Part shown: piece after piece, positions 47,633-60,885 of the stretch
Layout: the number at the start of each line of letters is the position of its first letter
Position numbering within the stretch: the stretch's first letter is position 1
Assembly: GCA_030390025.1 (NCBI GenBank)
Contig: CM059438.1
Coordinates: 62,746,001-62,810,000 of the forward strand
Reading direction: 5' to 3'
From: Squalus acanthias
Taxonomy: Eukaryota
Length of the DNA stretch: 64,000 nucleotides
Position numbers and translations under genes: made by a program
Notes under the pieces: generated by a model
The model's database searches: none
What the model saw: only the letters and a program-made list of their open reading frames with translations
What the model was told of the DNA's origin: nothing

Positions 47633-49463
47633 GTGTGCAAGTGCAAGTTGTTGTTGAAAAGAATGCTCCACCCTGTCAAACACCTTCATTACACAGCAAA
47701 CAAATTTTCGCTTTACTTGCACGTGACTTGAATCTGGCAACATATTTTGTACTTTTTTTTTCCCCAGTTAGGCAGGAGTTCTTTCTAAACTTTTAAAATT
47801 ATATTTTAATAAACAGGATGCAATGGGAACATGTGAAATAGAAAGATATAGTTTACAGTCTTGCACTTTTATTGTGGTTTACAGTCTTGCACTTTTATTG
47901 TGATAAGTGTCTTTGATACTAGCCAGAGCAAAACCTCTTGCACATTCCTCCTTATTAAGCTGCAGTTGATGGTTAGCATGTACAAGGCACTGTGTTGAGG
48001 AGCTTGTCGGAGGTTGTGGAAAAATCAACAAGTTGGATTTTATTGCTCTGGCTGTTTCACAAACACCTGATCGAGGTGTTATTACGGATAATTCTGCAGC
48101 TCCATCAGTGGGATTCCCAGTTGCCCCAATTTACACACTCGTGCTGCGATGTGTCTTTCCTTTCAAAAACCCCGGAAAAACGCTGCAAAAGCTGGCCCAT
48201 CAGCATCTGAAAATAGCGAAGGCGTGTGCGTCAGGTGGAGACGCTTCAGAATCAATGATAACCAGTCTCCTCCTTTCAGATGCTGATGGAGCTGTTGTCT
48301 ATTTGTAGCATTTGGTATTTTTCTTGTGTACCGATAGTGTGGAAATGTTTATTTTTTGCCATTTATTCAAGGGTCCTTGTTCCTGCAAAATGCACGCTGC
48401 AGGGACCAAACCCATTTTATGTGAATAGAGCTCCACCTTCTAGAATCATGCAGCGCAGAAGGAGGCCATTCGGCCCATCATGCTGTGCCGGCTCTTTGAA
48501 GGAGCTATCCAATCAGTCCCACTGCCCTGCTCTTTCCCCATAGCCCTGCAAATTTTTTCTTTACAAGTATTTATCCAATTCCCTTTTGAAAGTTATTATT
48601 GAATCTGCTTCCACCACCCTTTCAGGCAGTGCATTCTAGATTGTAACAATTTGCTGTATAAAAAAGGATTTTCATCCTTATCCTCCTGGATATTTTGCCA
48701 ATTATCTTCAATCTGTGTCCTCTGGTTACTGACCTTCCCGGAGAACTGTTACAGTTATGGAATTATCAAACGTGTCCAGAATGCCCTGAGAGTTCAGTGA
48801 GTTTATACAGTGTGTAGTTCAACCTGCTGAGCAGGAAGGTCTCTTCAGATTCAATCCTTAGGTTCTGCTGGGGTGGCTGTGTGGACATTACAGTTGCCCT
48901 CAGTGCCCCTGATTTCTGGAGGGGACAATCAACATTCCTGTTCCAGTTGGCTGCACAGCAGCCCTTGCTGGCAAGAGTGTGCGATCAAATGGCCTGTTAA
49001 ATAAAGCTCATGGATAAAGAGTGGATTGGTGGCAAGGTAATAGAGGATGGCCAAAACCATACCTCCATTGAGGAGTCAATGTCTTCAGGAAGGAACGGGA
49101 CCGGAGGGGAGAGTATCGGTGTTTGGTGGGGGGTGGGTGGGGGAGAGAGGGGTAAGGGAGAGAGGGCATTTGTGCATGAGCGAAGACGTGTTCAAGTAGA
49201 ATCATTTTGAACATTTTTATTTTGTAAGAGGTTGTGGTGGGAGCTACTTGGAAGGAAATACTTAGATAGAAACTTATAGCACAGAAACAGGCCATTCAGT
49301 CCAAGTGGCCCATAGCCTACTAGTACCTGCCACTCCTTTTCCCACTGATTAATAATGGGTGAGTAACATGGGTGCTTACCCTTGTGCGGTATACGTGGAA
49401 TAAAGTTTGCTCGCTAATTTTGTATTGATATTAAGTAGTTTCACAATATATTGATATTAAGTA

Positions 49464-49723
49464 CAGGGATCCCTCCCCAACCGCGGGTCTGCCATACGCG
49501 GATTTCACGTATACACGGTTTCCACTCTGCGATAGTTTTTGTCAACCGTGGCAGTGAAATTCGCGCGTCCGCGGTTTTAAATTTAGGAACAAGGTTAAAA
49601 AAAAACATGATTTTTATGCTTTTTATATTTTTTATTGTGTTTATAGTGAATTTGCCAACTGCGCTTTTACTAACCACGGGGGTTTTCAGGGACGTCTCCC
49701 CCGCGGTTGGGGAGGGATTCCTG
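49464..49723. mobile_element. 260-bp Tc1/mariner (Tigger-like) MITE
   Basis: 24-bp TIR CAGG(G/A)ATCCCTCCCCAACCGCGGG (23/24); TA TSD at 49462-49463 and 49724-49725. Confidence 0.92.
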
Positions 49724-52712
49724 TAAGTTTCACAATATGCTGCAGCTCTAGAATTCGCCCCATTCACAGTGCTGCACATGCAGCTGTTGAAGAGTTGCAG
49801 TTGTGTGACATGAAATTCCTGCATTGGTGTCCTATACAGGGTTGGTTTGCCTCTAGTCGACGGCTAGTCTCTGTGCTGCCACTGGCACAAGACAGCTCCC
49901 TCTGCTTATTATATTCCAGTGCTGCCCAGATTCTGGATGCACTCGGTGGCAGTGCTGTAATGTAATCGCGATCACTCGATGATCGTTTAGCGACTTAAGT
50001 GAAGACTGAAAGTTTGCTCAGTGCTAATACACCTCCACAGGAATGAAATCTGGCTGGTAACAATTGAACTCATCATGCTGTAAGAAATTCTGTGTTGCCC
50101 CTCCATGCTTGAATGCTTTGTGCACAGAACATTCAGTCTTGCAAAAATGTCTAGATTAATTTGGTATTTTGGGCAAAAATGAAGAATTGGTGTTTGTTTA
50201 ACGTACATGCAATCATGCTTCATTAGGTCTGATGGGCTCATCTGTTTGAAGGTTATTCATGGTTCTTAGTGGGGGATTGCCCACTCTCCAGTATTCTCGG
50301 CTCTTCTCTGGAAGGTGTTGGATTGTGCTGGGGCACAGAATTTAATTCCACGGGTGGGGAGGGTTGCCCTCCAGCACCTCACCTGGATGGTCTTTCCTTC
50401 TTGGATGAGACTGTCCAGTATCATCAGAAGAAGGCGATTCCAGTACAGTGGGCACCACACCTGACTCTGTCCTTGTCCCATGTTGGCCCTCACACACAGC
50501 AGATAGTGATTGATTGGAAGGCCTGGCTGATTTGATTGAACTCATCGTATAACAGGGGATATCAGTGCAAAGAAATTTGATTATGTTGTGGCGATTATGC
50601 TGTGGAAATCTTGGCTCTCTATTGAATGCAAAGTATCTGGCAGGGATCTAGGATGTGGCTTTTAGTGAAATTGTGCAGTGCCTGATTTAATATTCTTCCT
50701 GATGCTGTTATTATGTGCTGCTGTGTTGATTCCATAATGGTGTTTTGATGGGATTCTAAGCATGAGTTTAAGTGAAATTTTTCTTTCTCAAACAATGATT
50801 GACTAGCGGTAGTGGCCTTTTGATCTCCTTCATTTAAGCCAATCTTAAGTGTGACAAAGGTGTGACACATTACTTCAAGCTGTGGTTGTGTCAGACGGTT
50901 TGAGGTTTCGGATGAACCATTTTGCTTATTTTCTTCCTCTTTTCATTGCTGATCGTTTTGTTGTAAGCAGCGAGTGTCGATCGAGCTGGAAGAACCGTCG
51001 TTTACCCAGCAGTGTTGCCACTGCCGGCAGACCGGACTTGGGCAGCAGCTATGTAAGGTAGAGGAGGCAGCTAATCGGCCAGCAGTGCAGCACAGAGAGC
51101 CACCTCGGGGCTGGTTATTGCCTGACCACCAACGACAGCGGAGCCCGAGCACCAAAATAAGTGGGGGGCCTTCGTTGGCGCTCTCTCTCTCTCTCTCTCT
51201 CTCTGCCAACACCTGGGCTGAGTGTTGAGCTCGGCTGTCGAGGGCAGCAGTGTGTTTTTGCATTAAAAGCAAGAAATAACTTGCATTTATATAGCACCTT
51301 TCCCAACCTCAGGCTGTCCCAAAGCGCTTTACAGCCAATGCAATACTTTTTGGAGTGTAGTCACTGTTGTAATGTAGGGAAACGCGGCAGCCGATTTGCG
51401 CACAGCAAGCTCCCACAAACAGCAATGTGATAATGACTGGATAATCTGTTTTAGTGATGTTTTCCTACATTACAACAGTGACTACACTTCAAATGTACAT
51501 CATTGGCTGTAAAGCGCTTTGGGACATCCTGCGATTATGAAACACGCTATATAAATTCAAGTTCTTTCTTCAAACCACATCATCGACCTCACTTTAAAAG
51601 ATTCTTGTAGATTGTGCCGTCAGGATAAGGGAGCCGGTTTGGACAATGTAATATTGGGAGCAGTACGCAGATGTTTCCCACAATCTTAGCTCCAGAAATG
51701 CCAAACAGTAGAGTGCCTCAAGGTGACCAGATGCTCTTCTACCTGCAACGATTCTCCGCACAATGTAAAGGCGACACTAGCGGTATTCCTGAGCCAAGTA
51801 TTGTGGTGAGGCTGAATTAACACCACAAGAGATGGTCATTTATCGCGGGAGATTCAATGATTGTCCCTCTACCATTGTTAATTCAGCTCACTCTGGCAGT
51901 CAGGCACTTGCTGTCCCAAACCAGCGTTGTCAACATTTACAGAAATGTTTCAAAGCTCAGTACAACTAAACAAATGATATTATGGTAAACAGTGATTCAT
52001 TTTAACTTAATCTTTTAATACTGAGAGGGTAACTGGACAAAAGCCTGCGTCCGGGTCTAGTCTCGTAAAGTTAACTTAATATAGTGAAACCTCCTACTCA
52101 TATGCAGTGAAACCACCATCTGTCATCTACTGCGCACAGCTCCCGAACAACTGAAATAAAATACCTGAAATAAAAACAGAAAATGCTGGAACCACTCGGC
52201 ATCTGTGAAGAGAAGAATGTAGGATTAATGTCTCGGGTTTTCGTCAGAACCGGTGTTTTGTTGTTTGTGTTGCATAAAATACCTCTGTGCTTGTCATGCA
52301 ACGCTCTTTTTACGTTGCTGCTCCGAAGGTCTGAGGATCAGAGGGAGGGTGTGCTGAGAACGGCCATCGTTGGATCATCTGTTGAGTCTCCAGATTTTTT
52401 TTAAATCTGAGTTTTCGGTTCAGAATCCTTTACCTTCAGATTTAAGGTTTCTGGTTTCACTTCCTGGGTTTTGCTTTCCTGTTGCAACACTTGCATTCAG
52501 AATCCAGAGGCTGCATTTACCCATACCAGCCCGCATGTGATCATCCAAACCAGTCTTACCCGGAAGCCTGCAGATTCATCCGAGTTTCCCCAAGGTCGGT
52601 CCCATTTTCGTGACTCAACCGAAATGTCAGAATTCCATGGCCTATTGTAATTTGCATTTAGAACGCTAATTTGTGCAAGGCGCATTAAATGTACCAGCAA
52701 GCCGTATTAGGT

Positions 52713-53495
52713 CGTAGGAACAGGAGTAGGCCATTCGGCCCCTTGAGCCTGCTCCGCCATTCAGTTAGATCATGGCTGTTCTGCACCTCAATGCCACTTA
52801 CCTGCCTTGGCTCCATATCCCTTGCTACCCGTACCCAACAAAAATCTGTTGATCTTGCTCTTGAAAGCTTCAATTGTCCCAGCATCTACAGCCTTTTGGG
52901 GAGATAGTTCCACTATCCTTCATGTGGAAAAAGTGCTTCCTGATTTCACTGCTGAATGGCTGAGCTCTATTTTTAAGATTATGTCCACTCATTCTTGATT
53001 CCTCCACCAGAGGAAATAGTTACACTGTACCTACTGTCATAAATCGCAACTTCTACAAGAAGTAACTCGGGAAGTACTACTGGGCGGCCAGCTGGGGCAC
53101 CGTCCGGGGAGTATAAATACTCGGGCGTGGGCCCACCTTGGCCAGAGACAATCTGGAAACAGGAAGCTAGTGACCGCTAAGTAGACCGCCATATTTTGTT
53201 ACAAGTCGATTAAAGCCTTGCTTTATGTCCAACCAAGTGCGTAGTGAGTCTTTATTACGTTACCTACCCTATTGAATCCTTTTAACATTTTAAACACCTC
53301 GATCAGATCACCCCTCAATCTTATAAGCCAAGTACATGCAACCTGTCCTTTATAATTTAATCCACTAAGGCCCGGTATCATTCTGGTGAATCTACGCTGC
53401 ACCCCCTCCAAAGGTAAAATATCCTTCCTGAGGTGGGGCTGGCCAAAACTGAATGCAGTATTCCAGATGGGGTCTGACCAAGGTTCTGTACAGCT
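52713..53495 (-). mobile_element. CR1 3' fragment hosting a putative solo LTR
   Basis: aggaacaggagtaggccattcggccc tail; EGVQRRFTRMIPGL. Confidence 0.8.
53035..53262 (+). mobile_element. Putative ~228-bp solo LTR
   Basis: Starts TGTCAT, contains GTATAAATA and ATTAAA, and is flanked by the direct repeat CCTAC (53030-53034 and 53263-53267). Cleanly interrupts a CR1. The 3' end is not a canonical CA. Confidence 0.65.
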
Positions 53496-54398
53496 GAAGG
53501 AAAATGGATTGGTCTCCAGACTTTTCTCACGTCGTCACTACACAACCTCAGTGTCGAAGAGACAGTGAGTAGAGTTGAGACGCTATTCTGTAAGGAGGGT
53601 AAGGAAACCCAGAGAGTTAACAAAGGCTTGGATGACAACATCTGACATCAGAAATCCTTGTACATTCTGCGCTTAATTCAAAGTAACTTGATTCAAATGA
53701 TCTGATTTAGTTTTAGCAATAATCTTCCACTGCGCCATGTTATTTCCATTGCTGAATTCAAATTATTGTATAGTTTGTTTTTCAGCACAGAAAGCAGCTT
53801 TGAATTGTCGTGGATTAGACTGTAAGTGAATCTGATGTGAAAATGATTGAGTTACCCAAGAAGTTATCAACATTTCCCAGTTTTCTGGGCGATGGTAATG
53901 GCACCTGCATGTGGACTTGTGCCAAAGAATAAGTGCAACTTACTGAAGTGTTTGAACAAACAAACCTACCAGTGAATATAATAAAGTCAACCTTTTCTTT
54001 CAGTCCCCCCCCCCCCCCCACATTCCCTGATGCTTTGATGCAGTTATATGGGCACCAACAAGCCTCTGGTACTTTAACCAAGTGGCCATTTTTCATGTTT
54101 GATCCTTAATGTCAGCCTTGGCTCAGTTGGTAGCACATTCGCCTCCAAGTCAAAAAGTTGTGCCAGAGACTTGAGCACATAATCTACGTTGACACTTCAG
54201 TGCAGTACTGAGGGTGTGATTAACAGTCGGAGGTGTTGTTTTTCTCTCCGGTGTCCTGGCCAATATTTATCCCTCAACTAACACCTAAAAACAGATGATC
54301 TGGTTATTTATTTCATTGCTGTTTGTGAGAGCTTTCTGTGCGCAAATTGGCTGCCACATTTCCTACATTACAGCGGTGACTACACTTCAAAAGTACTT

Positions 54399-55012
54399 AA
54401 TAACAACAGAAAACGCTGGAAAAACTCAGCAGGCCAGGCAGCATCCGTGGAGAGAGAAAGAGAGTTAACGTTTCAGGTCGATGACCTTTCGTCAGAACTG
54501 GGAAGAGACGGAAATCAAATAGATTTAAGGCCAGGGTAAAGCTGGGAAAAGGGGGAGGGGATAAAGGAACAAAGGGGGAGATGAAGAGACATTAAGAGAT
54601 ATGCAAGGCTAGAGGTGGTGTTAATGTGACAGATTAAGGCTGAAAGAAGTGTGAAATCCACTGGCAGAATGAAGGACAGCTGCCAGCTTCTAGGAGGAAA
54701 AAAAAAGGTGGGGGGGGGGGGCAAATAAAAGGGTGGAAAAAATAAAATATAAATGTGATTGGAGCTGAGGTTATGATCTAAAATTGTTGAACTCGATATT
54801 GAGTCCAGAGGGCTGTAGCGTGCCTAAACGAAAGATGAGGTGCTGTTCCTCGAGCTTGCGCTGCGCTTCCGTGGAACAGTGTAATAGGCCGAGGACGGTG
54901 AGGTCAGAGTGGGAGTGGAGCGGTGAATTAAAGTGACAGGCCACCGGGAGCTCGGGGTCCCCCTTACGGACTGAACGGAGGTGTTCCGCAAAGCGGTCAC
55001 CCAATCTGCGTG
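54399..55012 (-). mobile_element. Penelope-like 3' fragment inserted in a DeuSINE (~54110-55095)
   Basis: ORF 54771-55004 RFAEHLRSVRKGDPELPVACHFN...LEEQHLIFRLGTLQPSGLNIEF; 11-bp TSD CAAAAGTACTT at 54388-54398 and 55013-55023. Confidence 0.88.
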
Positions 55013-55119
55013 CAAAAGTACTTCATTGACTGTGAAGTGCTTTGGGACGTCCTGAGGTCATGAATGACCCTATATAATTACAAGTTCTTTCTTTCTTTCT
55101 CTTGATTGTGAATATTAGC

Positions 55120-55485
55120 CCCCCTACCTCCATGGCCTCGCCCCTCCCTATCTCTGTAATCTCCTCCAGCCCCACAACCCTCCGAGATATCTGCGTGCCT
55201 CCTTGAGCATTCTCGATTTTAATCGCTCAAGCATTGGTGGCTGTGCCTTCAGCTGCCAAGGCCGTAAGCTCTGGAATTCCCTCCCATACCTCTCCGCCTC
55301 GCTACCTCTCTCTCTTTCTTTCTTTAAGACGCTCCTTAAAACCTACCTCTTTGACCAAGCTTTTGGCCATCTGCCCTAATATCTCCTTATGTGGCTTGCT
55401 ATCGAATTTTGATTTATAACGCTCCTGTGAAGCACCTTGGGATGTTTTACTGTGTTAAAGGCGCTATATAAATACAAGTTGATGT
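55120..55485 (+). mobile_element. L2 LINE 3' end
   Basis: ctccatggcctcgcccctccctatctctgtaat...aaaggcgctatataaatacaagttg. Confidence 0.82.
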
Positions 55486-58400
55486 TGCGGCTGATCAGCC
55501 AAATCCGCGCACACCAGGGATTGAACCTGGGGCCTACCTGGTTTCCTGGGAACTGTATCGCGACATTAAGGGAGTTCTAATGTGTTTTTTGATTTGTAAT
55601 TTTATACTTCAGTTGCACATTAGTACGTTCTTTCTCTAGATATGAACGATTTGGACAGGAGGAGCAAAGTGAGAACTGCGCAGTTAGACTGCAGAGGTGC
55701 AGTTTAAGAGTTTCGATCACGTGTGGCTTCGTCTGACTGCAAGCACTCTGAAACTGCAGTGTGTGGAGGTTTTGCTAGTCCATATGTATTAAATCATTTC
55801 TGCCAGTCTTGGTTTTTAATTTCACAGCCCTTCCTCTTGCGTTCCTTGTCCAAATATCCTACCTAAACGCTGGATCATTGGGTCAATTTGCTGCACGCGT
55901 CCTGATTGTGAAGTCGGTAAGCCATTACTTACAGTTTGAGGAATGTGCTGTGCTCCTGCAGATTTTTGTTGACAGCATTCTCTCTGAATAAACTCTCTAT
56001 TTTGGTGCAGAAAATTCTACTGCAACCCTCGGAAAGTCTCAGCACAGAAGATCTATTATGCTCTAGAATACAGGAAAAAATGCCTCCAGGGTATTATTCC
56101 ACAGAAAGATAAGGTGTCAATAGTTTTTATTACACACCCTTCTATGGGTTTAATGTCCAATTCACACCCACTTCTCAATGACTATCTATATCACCGCACC
56201 CACAAGCACACTGAGCACATTATACACTGGAAAATCTCTGCCCAGCTCTTGTAGGGCAAAAGACTTCACAGTTCTGGCAAGTGGAGCAGGTAACCACAGC
56301 GTCTTTCTCCCTGCATCTCTACTCTGCTTTATGTTTTGCTTTCTCTCTGCATTTATTTTCCCGCTGCCTGTTGCACCTTTTGCCCGTCTCACTAGCTACC
56401 CACTCATGCAAGGGATAGGAGTGCTTTGCATCATTCCAGCATACTGGTGTTTTTTTTTTAAGTAACTCTTTGTGGTGAGGGAGAAGTTAATTTATTTTTT
56501 AATGTAAAGCATAAACCTTCCTCGCTGGGTGGTGAAACGCTTCCATCTGTCAGTTGACATTTAATTCCTGTGCTGACCTTTTTATGAGATGCCTCAAAGT
56601 CGAACAAAATGAAGCCGGGCTGCCAATCAAAGGCGATATCGGGTCTTTGACTTGAGCTCGTTGCCCACAGCACTCTTCACCACTCAACTGAACAAGGATG
56701 CAACTTCCAGGGCAGCATCTTCAAGATCAAAGGTCACTCATCAAGCCCCTGTCCAATCCTCATACTGATTCAGCCTTTGTGGGGAAAGGCGAAGATACCC
56801 ACGTGGGTAGCATTTGAAAGATTGTTTCGGTAAACTGGCAGAGGCATGGGTGGGAGATGCCATTGGGCATCTGAAGTATTTCCTTTGTTTCTTTGTACTT
56901 CCTCCCCCTCCCCTCACTTCAGGTTTTTCTCGCTGGCTTCTGTCTAGCTTATCAGTTTCTCCCTTTTACAGGTCCTCGGTTGCATACAAACTGAGGCAGA
57001 ACTTGCCCGTCGTGCTCAGCAAGACTAGTAACTACATCTGTAAATAAGAGTGATTGGTTTCCCTCTAGCTAAGGAGAATGGGTGAACTTTGCCTTCATTC
57101 AGCTGAAACTAAGCTCTTGTGGAAAGCGTCTTCTGATTAGAATGTTGTGCATTTGGTGAAGAGGAAGAGAAAGATCTGTGTATGGGACTGAATTGTGCCT
57201 CTTGCAGAATTATATCCCTCCGCCCGATGTCCACTTGAAACTGGCATGAGCTGTATGTAACGATGTCTGAGAAGGGAGCTAATTAGGTACGTTAGGCATA
57301 TGCAATGTCCTTTTATAGGCAGAGTATTAGCTGAAAAAGTCCCCTCCCCCCCCCCCCCCCCCCCCCCGATGTTTCTGTGTGATTCCTGCCACGTTTGTTG
57401 AGGTAAAAACACAAGTTGGTTTTGGTAAACACTAAGAATATGATCTTCCCAAATTCCCACAGTCCATTTCAAAGTTGCTTTCTGCTCAGAAAAGAATCTG
57501 AATGATCTAGCAATTCGAATTACGCAATTTAAACAAAATAGCACAGGAGCTATCTTTTGCACAACTTCAATTAAAATTAAGCAAATTCAAATGAAGCTAC
57601 AGGGTTATGGGGAGAGAGCAGGCCGGTGGGATTAGTTTTGGATTGCTCCAGCAAAGTGCTGGCTAAGACACGATGGCCTGAATTGCCTCCTTCTGTGCTG
57701 TAAAATAGTTTTGGTTCTGTTGAATTAGGAGGTGTAGACGGTATGGCTCGATCCAAACGAATTGATTGATTGATTCAATGGTGGAAGTGGATTGGTTGGA
57801 GAAGCAGTATAAATGACATGGGTCGTGCAACTGGAAAGGGGAATGAAATGGTCACCCGGATAGGTGGGAGGTTGTACTGCTTTGATGGAATAATACTTCA
57901 ATGTACAGTTTTCAAAAAGTTTGCATCGATGAATGACCAGGGAATGTTTGAAAAGAAACTAAAGTCTCTTCCGGTTGCTGCGCAGTCAGATCACTGATTT
58001 GTTGTCATATGACAAGACAGTAACCGGAACTTGGGACATCACACATTTCCTGGCACTGTGCTCAGAGAATGGGAACAAAGCATGTTTGTTTTGAATCAGT
58101 GCATTTTTTTGAAGTTACTGATGGTTTGCTTTTGTTTCTCTCATCGTGCAGTAAAATGTAAACAACACTAGGATTGTTGGTGTCATGATTCTAGGTACAG
58201 TATTTGGTGAGAATTCATTCCTCTCTCTCTCTCTCTTTCTCTCACTCTTTTTATCACATTGCTGTTTGTGGGAGCTTGCTGTGCGCAAAATGGCTGCTGC
58301 GTTTCCTACATTACAACAGTGACTACACTCCAAACGTACTTCATTGGCTGTAAAGCGCTTTGAGAAGTCCGGTGGTCGTGAAAGGCACTATAGAAATGCA

Positions 58401-60454
58401 AGTTTTTCTTTTTTTCATTCTCTCTCTTTCCCCATAGCCCTGCAATTTTTTCCTTTTCAAGTATATATCCAATTTCCTTCAGAAAGTTACTATTCATAAC
58501 TCTCTTGCTCACTCTGTGTCTCTTGACTTTCTCACTCTCTCACTCTGTCGCTCTCTCTCACTCTTCCCTTTGTCGTTGTTTCTCTCTCTGAGCGGGTGGC
58601 CAGAAGTTCTGTCCGCAGACTCCTGTTGCCTGGAGCCGGCCATTGAGTGTGCTTGATGTTACGCTTCCAACTTCATTTTCCCTGTGTCCTGCCTCTGGTG
58701 AAGGGGCTGGCCTCTGCTTCATGCACCAGCGGTCCCCGCGTTGGCCAGCGTTCCCGTTATTAAGAAAATAATCCGCACTGAGTCGCTGAACATGTAACTT
58801 TATAAATCGCCCGTTTACGTAAATTACCACAGAGTTATACATGGGGAGTATTCAACATACTTACAGGTCAGAAGTTCCTAAAATACTCTGAACCATCTCC
58901 GATTATGTCTGATCTTTTTGTTCTCTATATTAAAGGGTAGAACATTAAAAGCATCTCTAAAAATCTGCTTTCAACATCTAAGTGGTGCAGGGCTGTCAGT
59001 CCAGTGCATCTGAGTTGATTAAAACATGAAGCGGCAGTATTGCTGCAGGGGAGGATGCACGACTGCTGCTCCACAAGTACCATGCATTATGTAATAGCCA
59101 CTATAGGTTGGACATTCTTGCCTTTATTAAAGAAGACTAGTCAAATGAAAGTAAAAGTACCAGAATACTGTCTGTCCTATCAAAACAAAAGCAGCAAATT
59201 GAAAGGTAAGAATCGGATCTCGTGAGCTGAATCTTGATAACCGTTTTCCAAGAAATATATTTGTTGTACCTTGAGGGGGAATATGGCATTGGATTGAGGG
59301 GGAACTTAAAAGTGGAACTCGTAGCTTGGTCATTTGTCCAATTACAGAATTCTGATTGTTAACAACTAATGGAATATCACTTGCAATTGATTAAACTACT
59401 TATATTGAATTGGCTGTCCAACTGTATTCTAACATAAATGTAATTAGTACTTTTATCCTTTTTTTAAATTGAGAAACTTGGGTGAACAGGCAAGGCTCCT
59501 AGAGCAAGATGCCTCCTAAGTTGAAAAGTGTAGGAGAAGATGAGGTAAATCAAGAAGCATTAACTAGGTGACACCAAGCTTGTATTCTTTTCAAAGCCTG
59601 AAGATTGCTTTGGGGAGGAATTGCACTTTAGGTTGCGTGGAATAATCTCTCTGATTTCATCGCAATTCCCCGAGGTGGACCTTGTGCCCTACAATCTGGA
59701 AAGTTGTACCTTTTCCATAAACTGTACTCGCCCAGTTGCATGACCCATAGGATTGCCAATTGCCTTATTTTTCAGTGATCTGTCCGCTGAATTAATCAAA
59801 GTCTTGCAATACAACACCATTCTCTTAGAAAATGGCAGCCTATCCAACACCAGCCGCAGTTTGTACAGGCTAAAGGGACTAAAATATTTATTTACAATTT
59901 GATGGAAATATGCAGCATAAAATAATTTGTCAAATACTAGTAATACAACACACAAATATAATGAACAAAGCCTGTAATGGGTTAATTACTTTTAGAAATG
60001 CGTTTAAAAGATTGTCAGATTTGGTCTGTCTTTTACTGCTTGACCCCTATTGATATTGGTGCTGATTGGAATTGGCTTATGATTGGATAATGTCAGTTTT
60101 GCGTGACACAGTCCCTCTTCACAGACAAATCTCAGGAGTTAGAATTGAACTGAAGAAAGTTCTTGTTCATCTAATTTGTTGCCAGTCAAACTTAACAAGA
60201 TTGAAATTCATGGATATAAAAGGATTCATTCAACAATTTAGATTAGATAGATTTCTTTCAGAAAATAGTAAAAATAACATTATGGGATACAGTATACGAG
60301 TAATTTGAGACATGCAATATTGTAAGTGTAACATGCTTGAGAGGAGCAGATGACTTTGGAGCTGTGCTCCACAAAGCTCTCCACTCCTGGGGTTTTCCTC
60401 GTCTCATCTCTGGGCCTACTTAAGACTAATTGATGGAGATTGATTCATCTACTG

Positions 60455-60885
60455 AGTTAGAAGGCTGTGGGTTCAAGTCCCACTCCAGAGACTTGAGCAC
60501 ATGAAGCAAGGCTGACACCCCAGTGCAGTGCTGAGGGAGCGCTGCACTGTCGGAGGTGCCGTCTTTCGGATGAGACGTTAAACCGAGGGCCCCGTCTGCC
60601 CTCAGGTGGATGTAAAAGATCCTATGGCACTATTTCGAAGAAGAGCAGGGGAGTTATCCCTGGTGTCCTGGCCAATATTTATCCCTCCTTCAACATCACT
60701 AAAACAGATTACCTGGTCTTTATCACATTGCTGTTTGTGGGACCTTGCTGTGCGCAAATTGGCTGCAGTGTTTCCCACATTACAACAGTAACTACACTTC
60801 AAAAGTACTTCATTGGCTGTAAAGCGCTTTGAAACGTCCGGTGGTCATGAAAGGCGCTATATAAATACAAGTCTGTCTTTTCTTT
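60455..60885 (+). mobile_element. DeuSINE
   Basis: B box, Deu core and tail. Confidence 0.85.

Noticed and set aside
47851..47902. 26-bp tandem duplication (and a ~50-bp one at ~63852-63951)
   Set aside because: Ordinary two-copy local duplications with no further structure.
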